This document shows positions 48,013 to 61,269 of a stretch of 64,000 bases of DNA, in pieces (within the stretch, counting starts at the first letter, position 1; every line of letters begins with the position of its first letter). The notes under the pieces are model-generated. The model saw only the letters and a list, made by a program, of their open reading frames with translations, made no database searches and had not been told where the DNA came from. The DNA lies in NCBI RefSeq assembly GCF_020745735.1, contig NC_083447.1:13162035-13226034 (forward strand). The letters run 5' to 3'. Origin of the DNA: Hemiscyllium ocellatum (taxonomy: Eukaryota). The translations under genes were made by a program, and so were the position numbers.

Positions 48013-48967
48013 AATTCTATTATTTTACTTTGTCAGTTCATCTCCAAATGAGACTGTGCACATCAGAAACCATGGCTGGTCTGGCTACATTCCTGCCTTT
48101 CTCTGAATTAACAGATCCCAATAGCAGGAAATGTATTTTCTACTTCACTGGGGTGGTTGGCAGTTAATAGTAACCAAGCACTCTGCCTCCAATAATGCTG
48201 GAAGTGTGTGTGATTGAGAGGGCATGTTGTGCTTGGATGTGGAGCCATTGTAGTTGGAATTTACTGGTAGTACAGGTGAGTATGAGCTTTTAGGTAAAGA
48301 AAGTTAAAATCCATTAAGGAATCCAAATAGAATTTAATGATGGCATCTATCAGCATTCATGAAGATGGGAAACTTTGAATTTAACATTCTTTTCCCCATC
48401 AGCCGAGTTAACTTTTATTTAGAAGGTTGTCACAATTTGTCAGGCATCTATGATTCCTCATTCAGAGATTTATGTTGCTACAAGATCCATAGTGCATTTA
48501 TTATCAGGTGCATCTAACATGACCGTTGCTAGTTCAGTAATAATTTTTGACGAGAGGTGAGAGGGAAGAGTGCTCATACTTCAGGGCTGCTTTTCATTGC
48601 AACTGCTGTAGTTCAGTTCGTTGTAGCTTAATGAAAACTCTAGTCTCATCAGGGTTTCTGGATGACTGAAAAGTGCCTCATGTTCAATATTTGGTTACTA
48701 ACCCATCAGTAGAAGCAGCACTGAATGAACAGCTATTCGTTTTGTGATGATGCTATGTTAGCAGAATTCCGGTCTTCTCTTCCGGTGTTGCTTTATTGTC
48801 TTACTTTCTCATTTGTTCCTGTGTCCTCAATCTTTCAAAGACCTTAATCCATATCTTGTCCAACTGCGCACAAGTCTCTGAATGTTGACAGGCTGTTTGA
48901 CTGTATGAATTTATCGAGGAGCTGACAATTCCTCACCTGATTGAATCTGAATTATTTTTAGCCCGAG

Positions 48968-49272
48968 ATCATAGTCATACTGCAGAGAAACAGACCCTTC
49001 AGTCCATCTCATCTACACTGGCCAGGTATCCCAATCTGACTTCGTCCCATTTGCCAGCACTTGGCCCATATCCCTCCAAACCCTTGCTATTCATGTACCC
49101 CATTCAAATACCTTTTTAAATGTTATAATTGTACAAGCCTCCACCTCCTCTGGCAACTCATTCAATGCACTCAAGCTTCTGTATGAAAAAGTTATTCTTT
49201 AGGTGTTTTTAAAAATCTTTCCCCTTAATCCTGTGTCCTCTAGTTTTAGACTCCCTCCACCCTAGGAAAAAT
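48968..49272 (-). mobile_element. CR1/HER1-type LINE 3' end
   Basis: Reverse complement of the 3' UTR seen at 36800-37010. Confidence 0.7.
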
Positions 49273-51329
49273 GGGCAAATGGTAAAAGAATGAAAGGGTG
49301 ATGAGTAATGTTGGTTCATTGATTTATAATCTAGAGCATTTTGTCTGAAAGGGTGTTGGGAGCAGATTCTGTCATCAGTTCAAGAGGAATTGAATACATG
49401 AAAAGGAAAGCTTTTGCAAGATTAAGGGAGTAGTGAGTGGTCATCTCCTCCTCTGATCTCCAAAAGCCTAATTGGACAATCGGGAGCAGATCCAAAGCAG
49501 CCTGATTTTCTTTTCACTCTCCCCAACCCAAGAAGTATCTATTGATGGAGTTTGTTGAAGAAGGTTGGTTTTATGAATATATTATTCCTGGTTCAAGTTA
49601 ATAATTGAGGGGTAATTTTTTTTAGTTCTGGAAAGATTAAAGTTATAAAAGTGAGGGACTTAAAATACTGGGCTGTAGACATTTTCAGCTAAAGAAATGG
49701 CATTTCAGAAGGTTAAATGTTTGTTTAACCAACTCAGAATAGAAGAGATGGCACTATAATACAGCAAGTGGGCTGGCTTAGGTATGAAAAACCGGAGACA
49801 CAACATCTGCAATCCTTGCAACAAGGGAGATTTAAAATTTTTTTGGGAGTTAAATGCTCAACTGGTTAGAATTCCATGAATGCTGAAATGTTGTGAAGCC
49901 ATGTATTTCGCCAAATCAAAGAAGAAATTGTAAATAGATAATTAAAAGCTGGTTCAAGAGTATTTGAATTCTCTTTATGGAGATGGGTAGAGTTGAGACG
50001 ATTCTCTGGTTTCGGTTTATCTGGTTGTTTGCTGCAGGAGTTAGTTTTGGATCGTGTATGGTTTGCAGCTCGTAGAGAAGATAGCCACAGTAGCTGACAG
50101 TCTATTCTGTGAACAAAGTAAAAGTCTTACCTTCGTTCACTGTGCGTAGTATATAGGTGGGGCTTATTTTCTGTTTTCTGTTTGAGGGAACAGAAAGTGA
50201 ATGCTTGTCTAGTTGAATTAGAAGATAATAATCTACACTGTGCCCCACAGATTCTTGTTTAAAATAAAGAAATTTGCTGAATAAGCTGAGTAGTATTGAT
50301 AAAGTAAACCGAAGAAGGGATCAAAGTATTCGCAGTCATAGATGGTAAATTAAAGTTGTGCACCTGAGAATAGTTGGAGCTGGGATGATGTGAAGATCAC
50401 CATGATTCTTTGGAGGCTTAATTACAGTTGCTCCCTACAAACATTCTTTTTAAACCTTTAAGAATTGATCTGTCTTGAAGAATGTTTAACTGAAGTAGGG
50501 AGTAAACCCAAGTTCCTTACATAGTTATAAACAATATTAATTAAAACAAAATCTATTCGCTTGAGTCTTGTAATAATAACTGAATATTTCCTGTTACCAT
50601 GCTGGTTGAGGACATTAGCATTACCTCACTAATGCCCAAGGAAACCTGCTCTGCTTAGTGCCCAGCTGTCTCACTCCCCACTTGTTGCTTCATCAGTGTT
50701 GCCCTCCCACATTCGGTGCCCTGCTTGACATGTGCTATAGAGCACAGTAGTGAGTGCGATGGAGGCAGCGAAGGATGAGGAGCAGGTCGTGCAAGTATTC
50801 AGAGTGGGGTAGTGAACGAATTAGGATCCCAGAATTGATTTTGTTTAAACCTTTGCAAGAATATTTTTTTTTTATTGCTCCTCTCCTTTGGTGCAGACAC
50901 CTTGCTGTTGTGTTTTGTTGGCCATTGATGAAACAGGCACTACGACTGCATGGTGATGAGTGTCCCTCCTGCAGTTCGATGGCAGTAATCACACCCATAC
51001 TGTAAAGTTTGCTTACTTTCTAAAACAGAAGTGAAATATTTTTGATACATTTTGCTAAAACAGAATATTTTTGGATTTTTTTTTAAACATTATTGGTCCC
51101 TAACTAGAACATAAGTGGTTAGAGGTTTGGTTGTAATATAAATGCTGACATTGATCAGATGGGCTGAATGGCCAGTTGTTTGCAGTAATTCCTGCACAAT
51201 TAAGCTAATACATCTTCTTTTGCTCTTTCCAGATATGCTAGTTTTGGCACAGATACTAACCATGCCTGTTGGCATCTCTCTGGGGATCTGTACAATGTTA
51301 ACAGCTGTCTTTTATCTTGGCAGGTCTCA

Positions 51330-52163
51330 ATGGTTGGAAAGGGTGTGAAGCGGAAGCGCCATGCCGATGGGGGTCTGGATTCCTGTCAGAACCTTGCTGA
51401 CTGTCCAGAGTCCTATAGCCTCAAGCGGCAGCTGGTACTCAACACCTCCCTGAATAAGATGCAGAATGGGCGGGCACTGCCGGAGCTCAGCCTTCGGCGC
51501 ACTGTCCTGATTGCTAACACCCTGCGGCAAATCCAAGAAGAGATCCGGCTGGAAAGCAGCCAGCTGGCATCGGCCATGGCCTTGGATTCTGGGTGTTCGG
51601 AATTAGGCAGCCAAAGGGATGTCCCACCTTCGCGGCTGACAACTGAGAGCCACCCCGCTGGATTCGGCGATGGCCTTGAGGACTTTACATCTGCTGCTTC
51701 TGATGAGGACCACTCCCTCTCCTCTGCCATCAACTCCATCCTCCGGGATCTTGACATCATTGTTGATGAAAGCCCTTCACCTTCAATCCCACAGGACAAT
51801 CTGGACCTGCCGGAAGCAATGGACACAGCAGCAGAAGACTGGGACAAAGAGGAAATCCAGTCCACAGAGCCCTCTAGACCTTTGGAGTCAGTTTTTGGCA
51901 GCTTTGAAATCATGAGCTCCAGTTACCTTGTAGGTGTGACCTTGGATGACCTTTTTCTTGACATTGACACCTCTGTGTGTGACTGCGATGTGGCTACAGT
52001 GGGGCCGGCTCCCAGTGGCCGTGCAGTGCCCCCTGGTGTGGCTGATGACCTGGCTAAGACTTTCACCTCATGCAATTCCTCTTCTTCACTGGGAGCCAAT
52101 CCAACTTTAAGAACTGACCTGAATGACCTGGATCACATCATGGAGATCCTGGTCAGCTCCTGA
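51330..52163 (+). CDS. SERTA domain-containing protein (SERTAD/TRIP-Br/CDCA4 family), 277 aa, single coding exon; paralogue identity not resolvable by eye
   Basis: N-terminal KGVKRK, SYSLKRQLVLNTSLNKM, SERTA core SLRRTVLIANTLRQIQEE, acidic LDDLFLDIDTS and C-terminal DLDHIMEILVSS. Splice acceptor (TTTTATCTTGGCAG ending 51323) just upstream of the ATG, as expected for this family. Confidence 0.93.
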   Translation: MVGKGVKRKRHADGGLDSCQNLADCPESYSLKRQLVLNTSLNKMQNGRALPELSLRRTVLIANTLRQIQEEIRLESSQLASAMALDSGCSELGSQRDVPPSRLTTESHPAGFGDGLEDFTSAASDEDHSLSSAINSILRDLDIIVDESPSPSIPQDNLDLPEAMDTAAEDWDKEEIQSTEPSRPLESVFGSFEIMSSSYLVGVTLDDLFLDIDTSVCDCDVATVGPAPSGRAVPPGVADDLAKTFTSCNSSSSLGANPTLRTDLNDLDHIMEILVSS

Positions 52164-55100
52164 GGAGCTACCTCACTGTGACAGGCTACTGACTGACTTC
52201 TGCAAGCCAAAGACACACCCCCTCACTTTCGAAGGGCAGCAATGCTGGCGCAGTCCTGTTGCTCACTTTCTACTCAGGGCTCCATATCAACATGGGGCAG
52301 TGTTTCAGATCAATGTATATGATTCGGGGAGTTAGGGGCTGTAAATAAATGTAATTTTTATCTCTTGGTTTTGGCCCTACCAATATCATCGAACAAATGC
52401 CTCTGGGCAGCTGCACAGGGCCTTATGAGAACAGATCAAAGTTACTCCTTATTGTATCCTAAAAATAAGGTTGAACATTTTTTAAAAAATTAATCATAGT
52501 GCTCTGTGTGTGTGTGTGTGTGTGTATTGTGTGACTTCTGCTTTTATTTTTCCAAAATCTGGATTTGAAGATTTTTTTTTGTTTTTAAATTGAGATTATA
52601 CAAGGGAAGAGTTGTCTTTTTGAGCCTCCCTCCATTTTGAATGCAAAGTCATGCATGTCATGTTAATTGTAAGGGAACTGGAATGAAGCTGCTGCTGGAA
52701 TAAAGCCATTGACCCATATTCTGACTCTACAATGCAGTTACAAGGGAGGTTCACCAGGCAGGTCCTAACCTTATCCAAAGTGGTTGTGGTTTTGGACCTG
52801 TGGCTTTATTGATATTTTTAATAAGCCTGTTCAGACCCTATGATGCACTTCTGGAGCAGGTGATCTGAACCTGGGCATTCTAGCCTAGAGGTAAGAACAC
52901 TTTCACTGCATCACAGGAGTCTCCAGACCAACAGCTTCACACTGTTGCCTGCCAGATGAATGTGGATTTCAAGTAGTGTTTAATTGCTGCAGTTTTCAAC
53001 TGAGCAAAGAGAGCCAGGCTCTAGATGTCTTGCTGTTGTTCCAAAATATGACACTTAATGTCCAGCTTTTGAGACCAGACTCTTTATTTTACCGCCCCCC
53101 CGCCCCCCTTCTCCCCACCCATGCTCCAAACTTGCACTGTGGATTTTGATCTGTTAAAGAGCTTGGAAGTTAACTATGTTGAATCTCAGCCCCAGTCATC
53201 CTGCTGCTGTGGTCCAGAGCAGTCCTATGCCTTAATTCTGTTCCTTACATTGGGAATCTGGTGGCTGCCAACCTTTCACCTGCAAGCCTCCTTTTCTCCT
53301 GAGGATTCTGATCTGAATGGAGTTGTTTACATTGTCAGCTGCGTATCTTGCCTTTTCTGAACTTGAACTTGCCATCCGCTACTGATGTGGAGGATAATGG
53401 CTGAAGGTAGACAGTTTGGAGCTCCTTAGTGTGTGACAGGAATGAAAATGCCCTTGTCTTCTAAAACTTTTTAACAGTGAACTAGCCAGCCCAATGGATA
53501 CGGTGTAGAGGTGCTACAGTGATTCTGTACTGATATTTAGTTGCTATTTGTGTTTTTGACTGCTTCAGCATGTTGTTAATCTTTATCTGCAGTATATAAA
53601 GCTGTCAGATATGAATTTCACAGGGTGGAGCAACTTTAATTGCTTTGGATTTAACATAGTTTTCGAAGCACCATTCAGTATTGTTTAATAATTTTTAAAA
53701 TGTCTTGATTTTCTGATACAGGTAGATATTCAGAGCATGGACACAGCTGTTGAAGGTTGAGGTCCCTTTTAGTTTTATAAGCGAAGATAGGTTAAATAGC
53801 CATATTAATTGATTGGTATTTAATGACCGCACTGTAGGCACAGTTAAATATTCTTAAATCTCTGTTTCATGAAAGCACATTGCGTGGAACAGAGTTTTAT
53901 AGTATTGAGTTAAATTTTTGTACTATGTATATGCCACTTAATTTGTACTGTGTTTATTTTTCATAGGGGATGGTTCAGATGAAATAGGTATGGACTGTGG
54001 TGGAGGGGGAGGAGATAGGGTACGCAAAGTTCCAAGCCAGTCCTAGCTTTATCCATTTCACAAGGCAAAGTTTTTTTTTTTAAAAAATGAGAGTATCATT
54101 TTAGCCAATGCTCCCTGATCATGTAGTTTTCTTCCCTAAAGGGGAAATTTGAAATTTAATGGGAGTGTCCAGTAAGGGTGATTTTATAACTTCGGTAACA
54201 TGAATTTTGTGGCAATGATCACAATTCATGAAGCAACCAAGGTGCTTTTTAACACCTAAGTGTGGAAAGAAGCCTCCAACATAAGAAATGATCATTAGTA
54301 AGTTTGGTCCATAATCATGCAGGTTGCTGAACTGATGCACGCACTTGAGATTCTGGTTGGTGGCTTTACTATGTTGTTAGGGTTCGTCGAGTTATTCCTA
54401 CAGGCTGCAATGTTTGCCCCACCTTCTCCCAAACTTTAACTTTAGACAATTTCTATTCCGTACTCTAGGGCAGTACAGTTTGATCATTTTTCAGAGGGTG
54501 AAGCAGTGGAGAAACCAGTTGCATGCTTTTGATTTTTTTTCTTTTTTGCTTATTTTGTCACTTTATATGGTATTGATTTTGCACCCAGTATCTGAGGATA
54601 CTGAGCAGATAATGTGACTTATTAATATTTTTTTTCTTCCTTCTTCAGTCCTATTTAAGCCATGCTTTGATTGTATAACTTTGTATTCCACCTTCCAGAG
54701 AATGTTTTAAATCCTCCACACATTGTGCACCCTCCCATGGATGACTGATTTTGTATCATTTTATACAAATTAATTTTATAGTGGTGGTTTTGAAGTTTTA
54801 ATCCGAAATATGGTTTCTGCCATTCTCTTAACTAAACAGCAGGGGCTGCAGCTCCCTATTTAATTGCCCACTGGTGATACCACTCTCATTTCAAACTTTT
54901 TGAGAGCTTTTGACACCTAAAGTACAAATACTGGGTCTTTGGGTATAGTGGTGTCACCACCTCTAGGCCAGAAGGTTTGGGTTCAATTTCTGTATCTCCT
55001 GGAAATGTCAGAACATGCCTGAACACATTAATTAAAACTCTTTTTTTTGAGACTTAAAAATGTGGTGCCCTGTTTAGCCTCCTTGCTGGATTGAGAACTG

Positions 55101-55290
55101 CTTCCCAAGTTGGAAGGCCTGCATACTTAATGCCTGTCTCTAGTATTTGCTTTATTCTATGCAAGTTTAACCTCACTGAAATGATTGCTTTATTTTTTTT
55201 AATGTAGTTATGGATAAAGGTTTATGCTTTCACCTTCCTCTAGGCCACGCTTCAGTTTGGATATATAAGAAATAAAACAGTTGCAAATAT
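52164..55290 (+). other. Probable long 3' UTR of the SERTA gene
   Basis: Largely free of the repeats that fill the rest of the window; U-rich; TGTAAATA at 52340; AATAAA at ~52344, ~52699 and 55271. End uncertain. Confidence 0.45.
52505..52525. repeat. (TG)n microsatellite
   Basis: About 10 perfect TG units. Confidence 0.9.
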
Positions 55291-56953
55291 TTTAAAAGTT
55301 TTCACATTTGTTAATGGTGCAGTGAAGTGTTCTGTCGGGTTGTCCAGTAGAACTGTTAAGGTAGGGTATACCTTGTACACATTTTTAAAAATCTTGTAGT
55401 GGGAATTCAATTACTGACTATGGGAGTGTAGAATTGGAGAAGGTGAGCAGGAGTCTGCTGTTAATGGATGCTTTTGGGAATATGATTAATTGTTGGTTTA
55501 ACAATTGGGGATTGGCAGTGCTGAGAATAACGATGCAGGCTAGCAAGTGTGGAAGAATGCTCCCTGTTTTGTGCATCTGATCCAGGTTGCTTACACTGAT
55601 CTAGCTTGTCCTGTGCCATGGTGGCTGTAGATCATATTGTTTCTGGAATGAGCCTTCCAATTGTGCATTTATGATTCATGGCCCAGGAACTGGAGAGGGT
55701 GGGTATGCTGTAGTAATCTTGTATTCATTTGCGATATGTCTGCAACATTTACCCCTGGTTGCCAACAGCCAAAGTTGTGGAAACACTCAACAAATCAATC
55801 AAAAAACAGAGATGGTCAGGCCACTGTTTCTGTAGGACCGCTGGCTGACCAATCTCTTGCCCATTCTGTTCATATTCCTTTTTTGCCCTGGGTGATTTAA
55901 AAACTAACTCAACTATCCACAATCTGAACTTCAAATTGAGAAGTTAACAGTTATCTTGAATTGCAAAACAAGGGTCACAAGCTGTAGAACACTTCAAGCT
56001 AACTTACTATGGAATGATAGTTTTGATTATGTCAGTTCAATACTGGAGAAAGCAGGGGGTTTGAAAAAGACTTTGTTTGCGTGTATGTATAAAAAAGACT
56101 ATCTTGTTAAGGGAAAATTATGTGAATTTTATTTAATGATAATAGTTATATATTTATGGAAATGTTTAATGCTGGAAGATTTGATTTAATGCAGTAAGTC
56201 CTTTAGAGTGAAATTACACATCTACCTGTAAACAGTTCCACACAAACCCAGCACAACTGCTCAACACAGACTTCTGGGGAATAGCAGTTAACTCGAGAGG
56301 TTTTAATTTGGTTGCAGTTTCTCCTGTCTGAGTGGCGCTGATATGCTGAGGTCTGGATGTACAGGGACTAACTGTGCTCTAGATTTTTCCTGCATGACAC
56401 CAGCCTGTTCAGAGAGGGGTTGATGCAACTCATTGATCTATTTGCACCTCGTGTTCTCACACATGCACTTTCCAGTAAAGGTTGCTGAACAGTGATCTAG
56501 CATGGAACTCTTCACCACCACAAAAGCCTTGAATATTAAGGTTTCCTACCACTGTGAGGGGATTACTTATGCCCCTATCTGATTAAACTGGCTAGCCAGT
56601 GTCTCCAGCTCCAAAGTCTGTTCAGTGCTTGTACCTGCAAGTACACCTTGTTTCCTCATTGGGGTGAGGACTGTAAAAGGAGCAGTCATTCTGGATGTGT
56701 GAGGTGCTTGTTATTTAAGCTGCTAATGAAGGACCTGGTTGGTGCCAGCAGTGTGCTGTGGTTTAGTGTGTCAAGCAGACTGTGGTGCTGCTCAATTTCT
56801 ATGCAATTACTGTCCAATGAAAATGCAGGTATTTACATTTTCTTAAAATAAAAATTTTAAACAGACAAATTGTGCATATGCAGTTTTGTTTTTCCAACTT
56901 TTAACACCTTCTGTCTTTTTCATGCAACAATTACCATACTTCAGCCTTGAGTT

Positions 56954-58999
56954 AGGAGAAAGTGAGGATTGCAGATGCTGGAGATCAGAGCTGAAAAATG
57001 TGTTGCTGGAAAAGCACAGCAGGCCAGGCAGCATCCAAGGAGCAGGAGAATCGACATTTTCGGGCATGAGCCCTCCTTCAGGAATGAGGAAGGTGTGCCA
57101 AGCAGGCTAAGATAAAAGGTAGGGAGGGGGGACTTGGGGGAGGGGCGTTAGGAATGCGATAGGTGGAAGGAGGTTAAGGTGAGGGTGATAGGCTGGAGAG
57201 GGGGGTGGGGCAGAGAGGTCAGGAAGAAGATTGCAGGTCAAGAAGGTGGTGCTGAGTCCGAGGGTTGGGACTGAGATAAGGTGGGGAGAGGGGAAATGAG
57301 AAATCTGCATTCATCCCTTGTGGTTGGAGGGTTCCTAGGAGGAAGATGAGATGCTCTTCCTCCAGGCGTCATTTTGCCATGGTCTGGTGATGGAGGAGGC
57401 CAAGGACCTGCATGTCCTTGGTGGAGTGGGAGGGGGAGTTAGTGTTCAGCCATGGGGTGATTGGGTTGGTTGGTGCGGGTGTCCCAGAGGTGTTCTCTGA
57501 AACGTTCCGCAAGTAGGCGGCCTGTCTCCCCAATGTAGAGGAGGCCACATCGGATGCAGCGGATACAGTAAATGATGTGTGTGGAGGTGCAGATGAATTT
57601 GTGACGGATATGGAAGGATCCCTTGGGGCCTTGGAAGGACGCGAGGGGGGAGATGTGGGCACAGGTTTTGCATTTCTTGCAGTTGCAGGGGAAGGTGCCG
57701 GGAGTGGAGGTTGGGTTGGTGGGGGGGTGTGGACCTGACGAGGGAGTCGCGGAGGGAGTGATCTTTCCGAAACGCTGATAGGGGTGGGGAGGGAAATATA
57801 TCCCTGGTGGTGGGGTCTGTTTGGAGGTGGCGGAAATGATAGAGGATGATACGATGTATCTGGAGGTTGGGGTGATAGGTGAGGACCAGTGGGGTTCTGT
57901 CCTGGTGGTGATTGGAGGGAAAGGTTTCAAGGGAGGAGGAGCAGGAAGTGGAAGAGATGCGGTGGAGAGCATCGTCAACCACTTCTGAGGGGAAATTGCA
58001 GTCTTTGAAGAAGGAGGCCATCTGGGTTGTTTGGTATTCCTCCTGGAAGCAGATGCGGCAGAGGCGAAGGAATTGGGAATATGTGATGGCGTTTTTACAA
58101 GGGGCAGAGTGGGAGGAGGTGTAATCTAGGTAGTTGTGGGAGTCGGTCGGTTTATAGTAAATGTCCGTGTTGAGTTGGTCGCCTGAGATAGAGATGGAGA
58201 GGTTTAGGAAGGGGAGGGAGGAGTCTGAGACGGTCAGGTAAATTTGAGTTTGGGATGGAAGGTGTTAGTAAAGTGGATGAACTGTTCAACTCCTCGTGGG
58301 AGCACGAGGTAGCGCCGATACAGTCATCGATGTAGCGGAGGAAAAGGTGGGGGGTGATGCCAGTGTAGCTGCGGAAGATGGACTGTTCCACATAACCTAC
58401 GAAGAGGCAGGCATAGCTGGGGCCCATGCGGGTGCCCATGGCTACTCCTTTGGTTTGGAGGAAGTGGGAGGATTGGAAAGAGACGTTGTTCAGAGTGAGG
58501 ACCAGTTCAGTCAGTTGAAGGAGAGTCTCCAGTGGAAAGGTACTGATTGGGTCAGTGGGAAAAGAAGAAGCGGAGGGCTTTGAGGCCTTCGTGATGAGGG
58601 ATGGAGGTGTATAGGGACTGGATGTCCATGGTGAAGATAAGGCATTGGGGGCCAGGGAAGTGAAAATCATGGAGCAGGTGGAGGGCGTGGGTGGTGTCCT
58701 GAATGTAGTGGGGGAGTTCTTGGATTAAGGGGGATAGGAACCCTCCAACCATAAGGGATGAATGCAGATTTCTCCAGCTTCCTCATTTCCCCTCCCCCCA
58801 CCTTATCTCAGTCCCAACCCTCTTCTTGACTTGCAATCTTCTTCCCGACCTCTCCACCCCCTCTCTCTGGCCTATCACCCTCACCTTAACTTCCTTCCAC
58901 CTATCGCATTCCCAACGCCCCTCCTCCCTACCTTTTTAGCCTGCTTGGCACACCTTCCTCATTCCTGAAGAAGGGCTTATGCCCGAAACATCGATTCTC
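56954..58999 (-). mobile_element. 5'-truncated Penelope-like retroelement (RT plus GIY-YIG endonuclease) with inverted terminal copy
   Basis: TMDIQSLYTSI, QTKGVAMGTRMGPSYA, RYIDD, C..C and IIYCIRCIRCGLLYIGETGR..ERFREH. 58740-58999 is an inverted copy of the 3' terminus; 15-bp TSD CTTCA(G/A)CCTTGAGTT at 56939-56953 and 59000-59014. Confidence 0.92.
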
Positions 59000-59704
59000 C
59001 TTCAACCTTGAGTTCCCTGGTTTATGAAAACAAAAAGGCTTGCATTTGTGTAGTGCTTTCACAGTCTCCAGATTTGCCTGAAAAAAAGAGAACTTTTTTG
59101 AAATGTAGGAATTCCAGCAGCAATTTTTCAAAGATTGTGAAAATGGAGGGAAAAGAAAAGTGATATGAAGTGATAGTTGGTCAAGGGACATATATTGGCC
59201 AGGACATTAGGTACTCTGAGACGGAGAGGAGTTTTACTGGATTTTTGGAGATGCATTATTTCTTTCCTTGTGGTAAGAATTGACTTTACAGTTTGTGGGG
59301 ACAGGGAGGACTGTGGGTTATGCTGTCAAGGATAAAGAGTGTGTTGAACAATTGGGCAGTTGGTTCCTTCTGTCTCTCTATACATTTGTTATTGCAGTAG
59401 AGAGCGTCCTACTGGATACCTCCATAGTTTCTTTAACTGCCATCATTCATACCCACAAAATGCATGGCGTTTTGGGATGTAGTGGTTTTCTCTTGCAAAA
59501 CCTTATTGGGAATCTGTGCCCCTTTGGGATTAGTTCAGCTAGTTTGGCGATGCTCCACATTCTCGTCTCTTTGACTTTTTGATCTGTCTTGGCACTTTGC
59601 CTGGCAACATTGTTATAAAATACTCATGCATTGTTTCAAATCTCACTGGGCTCATTCCTCCCTATCTCTATAACCTCTACCAACATTCAGATCGCTACAC
59701 ATGG

Positions 59705-60512
59705 TCATAGAGATGTACAACACAGACAACAGACTCTTAGGTCCAACTCATCCATACCAACCAGATATCTCAACCTAATCGAGTCCCACATGCCAAAACC
59801 CGGCCCATGTCCCTCCAAACCCTTCCTATTCATATACCTATCCAGATGTCTTTTTAAATGTTGCAATTGTACCAGCCTCCACCACTTCCTTTGGCAGCCC
59901 ATTGCACGCACGCACAACTCTCTGCATGAAAAAGTTGCCCCTTAGGTCTCTTTTATATCTTTCCCCTCTCACCCTAAACCTATGCCCTCTAGTTCTGGAC
60001 CCCCTGACCCCAGGGAAAAGACCTTGTCTATTTACCCTATCCATGCCCCTCATAATTTTATGAACCCCTCAGCCTCAGACGCTCCAGGGAAAGCAGCCCC
60101 AGCCTGTTCAGCCTCTCTCTATAACTCAGATTCTCCAAACTTGGCAACATCCTTGTAAATCCTTTCAAGTTTCACAACACCTTTCCGATAGGCAGGAGAC
60201 CAGAATTGCATGCGGTATTCCAAAAGTGAGTAAACCAATGTCCTGTACAGCTGCAACATAACCTCCCAACTCCTGTACTCAATGCTCTGACCAATAAAAG
60301 AAAGCATACCAAACTCCTCCTTCACTATCCTATCTACCTGCGACTCCATTTTCAAGGAGCTATGAACCCGCACTCCAAGATCTCTTTGTTTAGCAACACT
60401 CCCTAGGACCTTACCATTAAGTGTACAAGTACTGCTCTGCTTTGCTTTCCGAAAATGCATCACCTCGTACTTATCTAAATTAAATTCCATCTGCCACTCC
60501 TCAGCCCATTGA
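59705..60512 (-). mobile_element. CR1/HER1-type LINE 3' fragment
   Basis: MEFNLDKYEVMHF, LEYRMQFWSP, FFMQRVVRACNGLP, 3' UTR. Confidence 0.9.
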
Positions 60513-61269
60513 TCTGTTTTGTGTTGCTACACCATTGGTGACTGTGCTTTCTGTTGCCTAGGATCTCCATTTTAAAATTCCTTCTCTTCAGCCCCTGTCA
60601 ACATTTTACATTTGTTCACTTGTCTTAATAGCTTGAGGCATGGTGTCATTTAAAAAAAAATGGTCAGCTATAGTTCCGATGAGATAACTTGGATATGTTA
60701 CTGCAGTATATTAAAGGTGGAATAGGAGTGCATTTTGTTTTAGTGTCCTGTATCGTAAGATCACAAATATATAGCAGATATAAAAATAAACTCTGCTTTT
60801 AAAATCCTACCAAGATAAAAGCTGTTCCCTTGAGACAATCCTTAGATACAAATGATGTGATAACTCTGCTGTTTAGATGGTGAAGCACACCTACAGTCAT
60901 GCACTAGTGGTGATCAAGATTTTAAAAAGGAGAGGTGATGGTTTAGTGGACAATTGATCTCGAGTCCCAGGTAAATCCTACTGTAACATGGCAGAATTTG
61001 AATTCTGTAAAAACAAAAATCTAATAACAGCTATGAAAATGTTGATTGTTGGGAAAGACCCATCTAGTTAAATGATGTCCTTCAGGGAGGGAAACTACCA
61101 TCCTTATGTGGTCTGGCCTGCATGTGACTCCAGATCCACAGCAATGTAGTTGTCTTAACTGACTGAGACGAGCAATAAGTGTTGGCCTTGCCCTCATCCA
61201 GTGAATGAATTTAAAAAAAAAAAAAATCTGCATTTCCTAATCTTGAACTCTGAATGGATATAGGTTCTT

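Noticed and set aside
50700-51005. Possible extra exon or enhancer upstream of the SERTA coding exon
   Set aside because: Unique and moderately GC-rich, but no convincing splice-site pair or recognisable peptide; cannot be supported without conservation data.
57439-58752. Domesticated RT or GIY-YIG gene
   Set aside because: Frameshifted, 5'-truncated, TSD-flanked Penelope-like copy.
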